This document shows, in pieces, positions 19,175 through 27,524 of a DNA stretch of 32,000 bases. Each line of letters begins with the position of its first letter. The stretch's first letter is position 1. The translations under genes were made by a program, and so were the position numbers. The stretch is from Thermoproteus tenax Kra 1 (lineage in GTDB: Archaea; Thermoproteota; Thermoprotei; Thermoproteales; Thermoproteaceae). Under the pieces are notes generated by a model that saw only the letters and a list, made by a program, of their open reading frames with translations, was not told the DNA's origin and made no database searches. The DNA lies in the NCBI RefSeq assembly GCF_000253055.1, contig NC_016070.1, positions 1,530,001-1,562,000 on the forward strand, written 5' to 3'.

Positions 19175-20026
19175 ATGCCCTGGTTGACCAAACCTCTAGA
19201 TGGGACGCCTAGGCGTGTGGTCTCTCTGAATCCGTCCATAACGGAGTTCCTCTTTGTGTCAGGGTTGGGGGATCGGGTGGTCGGGCGCGACGTGTTCTCA
19301 TACAGGCCCAGAGATGCGCTCAAGGCCCCACACGTGGGCTCGTTTATAGACGTAGACGTCGAGAAAGTGAGGGCGCTATCGCCCGATCTGATAATACTCT
19401 ATTATCCCGTCCAGAGCGCGTTGATAGACGCCGTAGCTCAGATAGCGCCCGTAGCCGTCATTGAGACGCCCACTAGCGTCGACGACGTAGTGGCCACCTT
19501 CAAGTTCGTTTCGCGTCTCCTCGACGCAGACGAGGTGGGAGAGTACATAGCCGGCGTCTACAGAGATCTGCTGAGGGGGTCCCCCCTCGCCGAGGGGGTT
19601 TTGGCCCTCTTCTATCTGGGCGGATACGACGTAGCTTGCTCCGAGTCCTTCACAGCCTCGGCGCTAGAGGCGGCGGGCCTGAGATACATCAGAGGTCTCC
19701 ACTGCGTCTACAACTTCCTGGGCTCCGAGGAGAAGGCGGCGGCGCTCTTGGAGAGATTGGATCCCCATTTGTTAATATACGAAGGCAAGGGCAGAATGTA
19801 CAGAGAGTCCGAGTTGGCTTGGATAAAGAGGCTGAGGTGCACTGCGTGCGCCCGAGGCCGCGTCTTGGTCACGCCCAACGACACCTTGGCGCACTACGGC
19901 CCCAGCCTGCCTCTCGACATGGCGCTCGTCAGAAACGCCGTAATGAGGGGGGCCGGCTTCGTCGACGGCACGTCCAGCGTTGTCAGACCGAGTTTGAGCG
20001 ACGGCTGGTATAGGCCCTATCTCTAG
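19175..20026 (+). CDS. BtuF-like helical-backbone metal/cobalamin receptor domain protein, apparently without signal peptide
   Basis: RRVVSLNPSITEFLFVSGLGDRVVGRDVFSYRP, VEKVRALSPDLIILYYP. Confidence 0.75.
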   Translation: MPWLTKPLDGTPRRVVSLNPSITEFLFVSGLGDRVVGRDVFSYRPRDALKAPHVGSFIDVDVEKVRALSPDLIILYYPVQSALIDAVAQIAPVAVIETPTSVDDVVATFKFVSRLLDADEVGEYIAGVYRDLLRGSPLAEGVLALFYLGGYDVACSESFTASALEAAGLRYIRGLHCVYNFLGSEEKAAALLERLDPHLLIYEGKGRMYRESELAWIKRLRCTACARGRVLVTPNDTLAHYGPSLPLDMALVRNAVMRGAGFVDGTSSVVRPSLSDGWYRPYL

Positions 20027-20350
20027 AGTGGGCAACGTTATAACCTTGCTACGAGCTGGGCGTTCTTGAGGCGGATCCGAGGGCGATGGGCGCCCTGGCT
20101 CTGTTATTCGGAAGAGGTACGAGGGCGATGCAGGAGGTACGCCAGTCGGCCCTCAAACTGTAGGTTTTCTAATTCTCCCACCACTTCGGGATTCTTCCTG
20201 CAGTGCCATGCTTAAAATCGGCAAGGCCACTTCAGGAATTTTCAGCGGGTCCGCCGAAGCCGCCGAGAAAACATGAAGCGAGCTCGCTGAGTTTAGGCGC
20301 ATCATGCAGGAGGAAGTAGCATGTTTTGAGCCGATCTTACCGATTTTTCC

Positions 20351-20546
20351 ATGGAAGTATACAGAGCGCTCAAGATCAGATTACCTCACCTTCTCGCCGA
20401 GGAGCGCCCCAACGTCCTAGACCTCGCCGTGCGCATGCGCCTTGCGGCCGAGGAGTACGCCGAAAGGCTGTTGAAGGAAGGGGGAGTCCAGACTCACGGC
20501 GGAGGAGTTGAACAGACTCCTCGCTCCCGACATCCAAATTTTTACA
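20351..20546 (+). pseudogene. Frameshifted remnant, possibly the N-terminus of a TnpB/OrfB-like transposon protein
   Basis: MEVYRALKIRLPHLLAEERPNVLDLAVRMRLAAEEYAERLLKEG, then coding continues one frame over after a GGGGG run as ESRLTAEELNRLLAPDIQIFT*. Confidence 0.35.
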
Positions 20547-20550
20547 TAGA

Positions 20551-20698
20551 AGGAAGTCCCGGCCCTGGGGCCCGGCGACCAGGGAGCACGGCCGGCTCCC
20601 GATGACCCGGAGCCCCCTCGCCCGCGGCCGCCGAATGGCGTCTCCGCAGGGCGGGCCCCGAGCCCTCCCGGGGAGGCGGGCGCCGCAGAGGAGGGCTT
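20551..20698 (+). ncRNA. Candidate structured RNA (GC-rich, hairpin-dense); identity uncertain
   Basis: Hairpins GGGAGC/GCTCCC (20582-20587/20595-20600), CGCCC-GCGG-CGCC(GAAU)GGCG-CCGC-GGGCG (20619-20653), CCTCC/GGAGG (20664-20676). Possible RNase P-like P4 (AAG-U-CCC 20554-20560 with GGGCTT 20693-20698). Confidence 0.3.
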
Positions 20699-20704
20699 AT
20701 AACC
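20694..20704 (+). promoter_or_regulatory. TATA-type promoter for the leaderless sugar dehydrogenase gene
   Basis: GGCTTATAACC centred about 25 nt upstream of ATG 20724. Confidence 0.55.
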
Positions 20705-20723
20705 TAGTAAGAACCTGGGCACT

Positions 20724-22112
20724 ATGTTGGCAGACCTCCTTGAGAGGGGCGAGCTAGTGGTCTCTATCTACGGCCTCGGCTATGTGGGGCTAGCTCTTTC
20801 GGCCGCGTGGCTCAGGGCTGGAGCCAGAGTGATCGGCGTTGACGTCGACGCCGAGAGGGTGGCTGCGATCTCCAACGGAGTCGTGGAATATGTCGAAGAG
20901 GACGTCAAAAGGACGATAGAGGACGCCGTGAGGAGCGGCAGAATGGAGGCGACCGTCGAGGGGGACGTGGCCTCCATAAGAAGCCGTGTGAAGATAGTGG
21001 CCGTGCCTGTCTATTTGAGGTCTACTAGGCCCAGCGTCGAGGTCGACTTTTCGGCGATAAGCGCAGCCGCGAAGGCCATAGCGCAGGGCCTGAAGCAGGG
21101 CGACCTAGTGATAATAGAATCCAGCGTTCCTCCGGGGACTACAGAGGAGGTTGTGAGGCCGATCTTGGAGACGTCGGGACTTACGGCAGAGGAGGACTTC
21201 TATCTGGCCTACAGCCCCGAGCGTATAATGGTGGGCCACGCGCTTAAGGACATAGAGGAGAACTACCCCAAGGTGATAGCCGGCGTAGGCCCCAAAAGCG
21301 CTGAGGAGGCCGCTACGTTGTATAGAAAGATAGCCAGACGCGGCGTGATTGTCCTATCCTCGGTCAAAGCCGCCGAGTTTGAGAAGCTTCTGGAGGGAGT
21401 CTATAGAGATGTCAACATAGCGCTGGCCAACGAGATGGCCTATCTCGCCAACGCCCTGGGGATCTCGTTCGCCGAAGCCAGAGAGGCCGCCAATAGCCAA
21501 CCCTACAGCCACGTCCACAAACCGGGCACAGGCGTCGGCGGCAGCTGTATTCCCGTATATCCATATTTCCTCATCTGGACCGCCGAAAGGCTCGGCCTCG
21601 AGCTGCCCCTCACCCTGTGGGGCAGAAGGATCAACGAAGAGCAGCCCTTTAAGATAGCCGAGGCGGTCGTGAAGGCTATGATAAGAGAGGGGGTCGACCC
21701 CAGCAGAGCCAAGGTCGCGGTCCTGGGGCTGGCCTTCCGCGGCGATGTCGACGACACGAGGAGGAGCCCCAGCTACGACGTGATAAGAGGGCTTTTGGAC
21801 TACGGCATTAAGAACATCGTCGTACACGACCCCTTCGTCAAACGCGATGCGTTGGTGGAAAAGTGGGGCCTGAGGCTCACCCAAAGCCTGGAGGAGGCGC
21901 TCAGAGGCGCAGAGGTGGCCGTCATAGCCACCGACCACAGCGCGTATAGAGTTAGGGCGAGCGAGTTGGCCAGATATATGAAAAAGCCCCTAATAGTGGA
22001 CGCCAGAGGTGTCCTGAAGAGGGATATACAGGTATATTCGATCGATGGAGGCCGTTGGCCTATAAAAATGGGCGAGGCCCCAGGGGAGGCCGGAGGCCCC
22101 AGGCGTTGCTAG
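20724..22112 (+). CDS. UDP-glucose/UDP-N-acetylmannosamine-type nucleotide-sugar dehydrogenase
   Basis: VSIYGLGYVGLALSAAWLRAG, VIIESSVPPGTTE, YSPERIMVG, GTGVGGSCIPVYPYFL (catalytic Cys), VLGLAFRGDVDDTRRSPS. Confidence 0.9.
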   Translation: MLADLLERGELVVSIYGLGYVGLALSAAWLRAGARVIGVDVDAERVAAISNGVVEYVEEDVKRTIEDAVRSGRMEATVEGDVASIRSRVKIVAVPVYLRSTRPSVEVDFSAISAAAKAIAQGLKQGDLVIIESSVPPGTTEEVVRPILETSGLTAEEDFYLAYSPERIMVGHALKDIEENYPKVIAGVGPKSAEEAATLYRKIARRGVIVLSSVKAAEFEKLLEGVYRDVNIALANEMAYLANALGISFAEAREAANSQPYSHVHKPGTGVGGSCIPVYPYFLIWTAERLGLELPLTLWGRRINEEQPFKIAEAVVKAMIREGVDPSRAKVAVLGLAFRGDVDDTRRSPSYDVIRGLLDYGIKNIVVHDPFVKRDALVEKWGLRLTQSLEEALRGAEVAVIATDHSAYRVRASELARYMKKPLIVDARGVLKRDIQVYSIDGGRWPIKMGEAPGEAGGPRRC

Positions 22113-22954
22113 GCCTTTACGCCGCTCAACGTGTACATCTTTGTCAAATAACGTTGAAATGCCAAGAACACAGCCATTATCGGAGTGCCCATAAGCACCG
22201 AGAAGGCCGCAAAGACGTTATACAAGGTGGATCTGTTGGTGAAAGAGAGGTACCACATGCCCAAGGTCAACGTCCACATATTGCCGCTGGTTATAAATAC
22301 GTTGGCCAAAGCGTAGTCGGTGTAAGCTCCCATGAACGCCAAGAGCGCTATGAAGGCGACGACAGGCTTGCTCAGCGGCAGAAGAATGCGTATGAAGGCG
22401 GCCGGCCGCGATAGGCCGTCTATCAACGCGGCCTCCTCGTACTCCCGCGGTATTGAGTCGACGAAAAGCTTCACCAAGTAGGCTCCGTATATTGACGTCC
22501 CTCCTGAGTAGGCCAAGATGAGACCGTAGTATGTATTGATCATATGGAGCGAGGAGAACATGAGGTAGAGAGGCAGTATCATCACTACACCTGGAAAGAA
22601 CGACAGAAGGTACAGAGTGATCATGAGGGCCCTCTTGCCCGGCACGTTCAACCTGGAGAGGGCGACTCCCGATATGAATGCCAACACAACTGTGAGGGCC
22701 ACGGTGCCGGCGGCCAATATAAGGCTGTTGCGCAACCACAGAAAGAAGGGGTTCTGAAACAGTATATCGTAGTAGGCCTTTAGAGTTAGAGACTTAGGTT
22801 GAGGTACCAAGCTTGTTACACTGACAGAGGCTAAAGTAGGAATGTCGCTCAAAGACGTAATTATGATGTAGTAAATGGGGAAAACAGCTATTGCGGCGCT
22901 TACTATGAGTATGATATACGATATCGTCAAACGAAGTACGTCGGCTACCTTCAT
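22109..22954 (-). CDS. ABC sugar transporter permease (MalG-like)
   Basis: EEAALIDGLSRPAAFIRILLPLSKP (EAA loop); multiple TM helices. Confidence 0.88.
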   Translation of the reverse strand: MKVADVLRLTISYIILIVSAAIAVFPIYYIIITSLSDIPTLASVSVTSLVPQPKSLTLKAYYDILFQNPFFLWLRNSLILAAGTVALTVVLAFISGVALSRLNVPGKRALMITLYLLSFFPGVVMILPLYLMFSSLHMINTYYGLILAYSGGTSIYGAYLVKLFVDSIPREYEEAALIDGLSRPAAFIRILLPLSKPVVAFIALLAFMGAYTDYALANVFITSGNMWTLTLGMWYLSFTNRSTLYNVFAAFSVLMGTPIMAVFLAFQRYLTKMYTLSGVKA

Positions 22955-23826
22955 GTTATAGTTTCAAGGACTCCCGATATTTTTAGCATTACTGCTGCTA
23001 TGACCATCAATATGGCGGCGTCTACCACGGAGTAGACTGCGGCCAAGTTATACAGGCCGTTGTTGAAGGCCGCTTCATATGCGTAGACTACTAGTATATT
23101 TGTGGCGTTTCCAGGGCCGCCCCCCGTCAGGATATATATTGGGTAGAAATTGTTCCAAGTGAAGGTAAATCCGCCGATTCCAACGAAGGCGATAGTCCTC
23201 CTCATGAGGGGCCACGTGATGTAGCGGAAGCGGGCCCACCGGCTGGCTCCGTCCAACTGAGCTATTGAGTAGAGCTCCTCCGGTATGCTCTGGAGGGCCG
23301 ACAGAAACACCGAGGTGTAGTAGGGGAAAGAAAGCCATAAGTTGGTCAATATCAACATGAGCCACGCCATGGGCACTATATCGTACCAATCTATCGGCGC
23401 AATGCCGAATAGGGACAGTATCTTGTTCACTATCCCGTATTTCCAATTCCACATTCCCTGCCAGATTATCAGAGAAAGGAAGGCTGGGAAGGCCCAAGGT
23501 ATTAACAATAAAGAGAAGAATATGCTACGCCCCTTTAGGTCTCTCTGGTTCAACACGAGGGCTAATAGGAAGCCTGCCGCCATCATGGGCGCAAGGCTTC
23601 CCAAAGTCCATATAGCTGTATTAAGCAACACTTGAAGGAAATCTCTGCTTGTGAGCACGCTGATGTAGTTCGCTAGGCCGACCCAACTGTATTCAAAGAA
23701 ATGGTATAAATTGAAATTTGTAAAAGAAATATAAATAGTATATGAAATTGGATAGATTGATAGGAAAAGAATTAAGATAATTAAAGGAAGAAAATAGAAA
23801 TAATTAAAAAGTGTTTTTGATTTCAT
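22951..23826 (-). CDS. ABC sugar transporter permease (MalF-like)
   Basis: EELYSIAQLDGASRWARFRYITWPLM (EAA loop). Start revised to MKSKTLFNYF; the track start 23961 overlaps the upstream gene. Confidence 0.88.
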   Translation of the reverse strand: MKSKTLFNYFYFLPLIILILFLSIYPISYTIYISFTNFNLYHFFEYSWVGLANYISVLTSRDFLQVLLNTAIWTLGSLAPMMAAGFLLALVLNQRDLKGRSIFFSLLLIPWAFPAFLSLIIWQGMWNWKYGIVNKILSLFGIAPIDWYDIVPMAWLMLILTNLWLSFPYYTSVFLSALQSIPEELYSIAQLDGASRWARFRYITWPLMRRTIAFVGIGGFTFTWNNFYPIYILTGGGPGNATNILVVYAYEAAFNNGLYNLAAVYSVVDAAILMVIAAVMLKISGVLETIT

Positions 23827-23834
23827 AATGGGCA

Positions 23835-25346
23835 CTAGGACGTCGGCATTAGGCCGGCCTGCTGCATATTGGAGATCATACAGCTCTCCATCCCCTGGGC
23901 GGCTTGCTCGGCGGTTATAGTCCTGTTCGCGAAATACAGCGTGGCGTATTGATGGAAACACGGCCAGTAGAACGACATCTGAGGCACATTGGGGAACTTC
24001 TGCCCATACTGAGCTTGCTCCAGAATGCCTTTATATACGTCGTTCATATACGCCGGCTGTAATGCGCCGGATGAGAGCTGGCTCATTACTGCGGCGTAGG
24101 CGTCTTTCTGAGCCGGTATATCGCCCGCATACTTCCACAAGTTCATTTCGGCCTCTTTGCTAGTGACGAAGGCTATGAAGGCAAGAGAGGCATAGATCTG
24201 TTGTTGCGTCGCCCCGCTGGCCTTGGGAACAGACACCACCCAGCCCGTGGAGCCCACGAATGGGGCCGCTCTGAGGCCTGTCTGAGACACTACGGGCAAC
24301 GGCGCAGCGCCCAAGCTCGGGCCCAGCGCCTTTTCATATATTTTGAGGTCCCACGGCCCGTCGAAGATGATGGCGGCCTCGCCCTGTGTGAAGAGCTGTT
24401 GCTCCAGGCTAGGCGTCATGCCAGGGGCGTTGTAGCTCCATACGTAGGTCATATTGTACCAGAACTTCAGAGCATTCACCATGGCGGTTGAGTTCAGTTG
24501 CGGCATGCCGTTAGGCGCAAATATCTGTCCTCCAAAGCCCGCGAACCACGCCGCAAACCTATAGCCCCACTCCTGTCCCATGCCGTAGGCTATACACCAC
24601 ACATGGTAAGTTGAATTGATGAATTTACACAGTTGCATTAATTGATTGGTGTTCAGTTGATCTACATCGACTCCAAACATTTTCTGAGTTAGAGTATTAT
24701 TTATATACTTCTTATTATAATACATAACTATATAATTGACGTTGTCTGGCAACCCGTATATTGACGTGCCCAACATGAAGTTGTTCACTGAGATAGGGAT
24801 ATAGGAGGCCTCGATGTCGGCGGGGTTTATGTACTGGTTCAAGTTGAGGATGAGGCCCGCGGCAAACAGTTTCCCGGCATCATCGCTCGTGTCTCTGTAT
24901 ACATTAGGCGCCTGGCCCGCCTTCGCCGCCGAGATGAAGTTTGCAGTCGCTATCCCTACGCCGCGGGTCACCTGCACCTTAATACACGGGTAGGCGGACT
25001 GGAAAGCCGCCAGAGTGGCGTTGAAGCCTGCGTCCTCGGGAGGCCCGTAGGTATCCCACACGCTGATAGTGACAGTCTGTCCCTGAAGGAGTTGGTTACA
25101 GACGAAGTTCGGGTTTAAAAGCGAGCTTAAGCTGAAGGGCGGCGCGAGAGATGTTGTAGTCTGAGTTGCTGTCGTAGTCGAAGTTGACGTCGTTGTGGTC
25201 TGAGTTGGAGCTGAAGAGGTCGTCGGCGATGTCGTAGCGGTGGGCGGGGCGCTGGGCGTCCTCGTGGCGAAGTATGCCGCCACAGCGATTATCAAAACAA
25301 TGACGACCACGATTGCGATGGCCGTAGTCTTTCCTAGACCTCGCAT
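23835..25346 (-). CDS. ABC sugar-binding lipoprotein/secreted binding protein
   Basis: MRGLGKTTAIAIVVVIVLIIAVAAYFATR membrane anchor, Ser/Thr-rich stalk, then extracellular solute-binding fold (AAIIFDGPWDLKIYEKAL). Confidence 0.88.
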   Translation of the reverse strand: MRGLGKTTAIAIVVVIVLIIAVAAYFATRTPSAPPTATTSPTTSSAPTQTTTTSTSTTTATQTTTSLAPPFSLSSLLNPNFVCNQLLQGQTVTISVWDTYGPPEDAGFNATLAAFQSAYPCIKVQVTRGVGIATANFISAAKAGQAPNVYRDTSDDAGKLFAAGLILNLNQYINPADIEASYIPISVNNFMLGTSIYGLPDNVNYIVMYYNKKYINNTLTQKMFGVDVDQLNTNQLMQLCKFINSTYHVWCIAYGMGQEWGYRFAAWFAGFGGQIFAPNGMPQLNSTAMVNALKFWYNMTYVWSYNAPGMTPSLEQQLFTQGEAAIIFDGPWDLKIYEKALGPSLGAAPLPVVSQTGLRAAPFVGSTGWVVSVPKASGATQQQIYASLAFIAFVTSKEAEMNLWKYAGDIPAQKDAYAAVMSQLSSGALQPAYMNDVYKGILEQAQYGQKFPNVPQMSFYWPCFHQYATLYFANRTITAEQAAQGMESCMISNMQQAGLMPTS

Positions 25347-25363
25347 AATTACATTATTCTTAC

Positions 25364-25373
25364 TTATATAAAA
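25364..25373. promoter_or_regulatory. Near-symmetric TATA box shared by divergent binding-protein and GH57 genes
   Basis: TTATATAAAA; centre is about 23 nt from minus-strand ATG 25346 and about 23 nt from plus-strand ATG 25392. Confidence 0.6.
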
Positions 25374-25442
25374 CATTTTTTGGCTACTCAAATGCTATTC
25401 TAAACGAATTCCTATCGCAGTCTGCTGTTCGCGATAGTTCTA

Positions 25443-27524
25443 ATGGCCGTCCTATTGCTCTCCAGCACGGCGGCCTCTCGCGCGTGTTCTAGAGGATATA
25501 TAGCTATATATACTTACCACGGCCGCGGGGATCTGGCGCTGGCCGCGCCCCACATAGGGGGGTGGGGCGGCGGGGCGGTCTCGGCCGTGGATCCGCCTCA
25601 GCTCGGCCTGCCGATATACTCATATCCCTATTCTAGGTACGTATACACCGAGGGCCAGACGGTGCGCATATCGCTGGACATTACGAGTAACGCGCAGCTC
25701 AATGTAACGGCCGAGCTCCACGTCGGCGCCCTCAAGGTCGCGAGGGCCGTCTTGCTCCACGCCGGGAATAACAAGCTGGAGCTAGCGTTTAAAGCCGAGC
25801 TCCCCCAAGGCATTTATACTCCCTGGTTGGCGCTCATATATGGAAACGCGACACTCCTTAACGAGACGCTCCCGCCTCTGTATGTGTTAAATACGACTGG
25901 AAAGCCTCCGCTGTCGTTGGTCATAGTCTGGAACATGCACCAGCCCCTATACATAGAGCCGAACGGGACGTGGGCTATGCCTTGGGTGTTACTACACACT
26001 GGGGAGGACTTCGTGTGGAATAGAACGCTCGTGGGGGCCTACGAGCTTCAGGCGATGCTCTTAAGCGAGTTCGACGTCAATGTGACTATCGACTTCACTC
26101 CAGTGCTCCTATATCAATGGGAGGCCCTCTTGGCAGAGGGGCCCAGGGGGTTCAGGTACATAGGAGAGTTCCCAGGCAATCTGACACACGACTTGAGGGC
26201 CATCAGGAGGACTCTGGAGCTGTATAGAGAACTGGCGCGCGAGGGTCGCGTGGAAGTGATGACTGTGCCGTTCTATCATCCGCTGGAGGCCATTCTGTAC
26301 GACGAGGGCTGGGGGGAAGACATATTGGCCCAGTTGATTATGGGCAAGGCCGAGACCTATAGAGTCTTCGGCGTCAACGCCACATGCGTCTGGACTCCAG
26401 AGATGGCGTTCAACATGGGGCTCGTCCATCTGTATAACCAGGCCGGTTTGAACTGTACAGTGCTAGACGCAGACGCCTTCCTCTCTGAGGCCACTTTCAT
26501 CAATGGGACGCCGACCCCCTACGTTCCCTACGTAGTTGAGGACGCAGCAGGCAACTATATCTATGTCCTATTCAGAGATACCGGTCTCTCAAACCTCTTT
26601 TGGTTCTATTTTACCCTGTCTGATCCGAGCCTAGTTCAACAGCTGCTCATCCAATATCTTGCCAAGGTGTACATGCAACATCCCGGCGCCGTGGTCGTAG
26701 TAGCTCTCGACGGTGAAAACCCGCTCATAGAGAACCCCTACACGGGTCCCCGAGACCTCTATGCAATATACCAAGCCTTGGACGAGTACTCGGGGAGATG
26801 GTTGATAACTCAGACCGTATCTCAAGCGATAGCGACACACGTGCGATACGCTGTGACGAACCTCCCCGAGAGCTCTTGGAACCTAAACTTAAACAACTGG
26901 AACAACGGCTACCCCGGAAAGATTATGATCTGGCGCAAGGTGGCCGAGGCGAGGGCCTACCTCTCTGCGTTCACTGGAGCCTTGGGCATGCGGCCGTCGC
27001 CCGTGGTTACCCCCAATCCTGCCGATGCCCCCAATTCTACCGATCTGCTCTCCACGCTGTGGAACTACCTCTACGCCGCTGAAGGCAGCGACTGGACGTG
27101 GCAGACTGGGCCGCCCAACTTTGGGCCTCGGTGGTTCAGCGTACAGCCGCTGATTTTGACAAACGCCATAATAGATGCCGTAAGGGAATCTCTGGGCCGC
27201 GTCAAACTTGTGGGCGTGAGTTCGGCGGGTCCCTATACGGTATTGGAGGTATACAACGGCCTCAACTCGAGCCTCCATCTGCGCCTCGGAGTAGGCCAGA
27301 GGTGTGAGGACGTACATCTGGAGCCCGGCCTCAACTTCGTTGAGATCCAGGGTACGGCGCAAAGGATCGGCGTCTATCTGCCCCAAAGGTTCGGATGCGG
27401 CTTGAAGATAGGCGAGTGGACTCTGCCGAGGGGCGTCCCGCAGACGGAAGCGTGGATCTACCTTGCGCCCGCAGTCGCGCTGGCCGTTATCCTTGTTGCG
27501 CTAGAGCTCCGGCGAGCTTCTTAG
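25443..27524 (+). CDS. Glycoside hydrolase family 57 (amylopullulanase/alpha-amylase-like), secreted, C-terminal TM anchor
   Basis: VIVWNMHQPLYIEPNGTWAMPW, CVWTPEMAFNMG, VVVVALDGENPL motifs; C-terminal AWIYLAPAVALAVILVALELRR. True start codon unresolved, see findings. Confidence 0.85.
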   Translation: MAVLLLSSTAASRACSRGYIAIYTYHGRGDLALAAPHIGGWGGGAVSAVDPPQLGLPIYSYPYSRYVYTEGQTVRISLDITSNAQLNVTAELHVGALKVARAVLLHAGNNKLELAFKAELPQGIYTPWLALIYGNATLLNETLPPLYVLNTTGKPPLSLVIVWNMHQPLYIEPNGTWAMPWVLLHTGEDFVWNRTLVGAYELQAMLLSEFDVNVTIDFTPVLLYQWEALLAEGPRGFRYIGEFPGNLTHDLRAIRRTLELYRELAREGRVEVMTVPFYHPLEAILYDEGWGEDILAQLIMGKAETYRVFGVNATCVWTPEMAFNMGLVHLYNQAGLNCTVLDADAFLSEATFINGTPTPYVPYVVEDAAGNYIYVLFRDTGLSNLFWFYFTLSDPSLVQQLLIQYLAKVYMQHPGAVVVVALDGENPLIENPYTGPRDLYAIYQALDEYSGRWLITQTVSQAIATHVRYAVTNLPESSWNLNLNNWNNGYPGKIMIWRKVAEARAYLSAFTGALGMRPSPVVTPNPADAPNSTDLLSTLWNYLYAAEGSDWTWQTGPPNFGPRWFSVQPLILTNAIIDAVRESLGRVKLVGVSSAGPYTVLEVYNGLNSSLHLRLGVGQRCEDVHLEPGLNFVEIQGTAQRIGVYLPQRFGCGLKIGEWTLPRGVPQTEAWIYLAPAVALAVILVALELRRAS

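Noticed and set aside
20278-20287. GCGAGCTCGC palindrome with nearby ATGAAG and CTGA, considered as a C/D box sRNA
   Set aside because: Box C is not a proper RTGATGA and the spacing is too short for a guide.
21354-21938. 194-aa minus-strand ORF inside the UDP-sugar dehydrogenase gene
   Set aside because: Antisense shadow ORF with no motifs.
22218-22783. ORFs nested in the ABC permease gene
   Set aside because: The permease frame carries the EAA loop and TM helices; the alternatives are His/Arg-rich noise.
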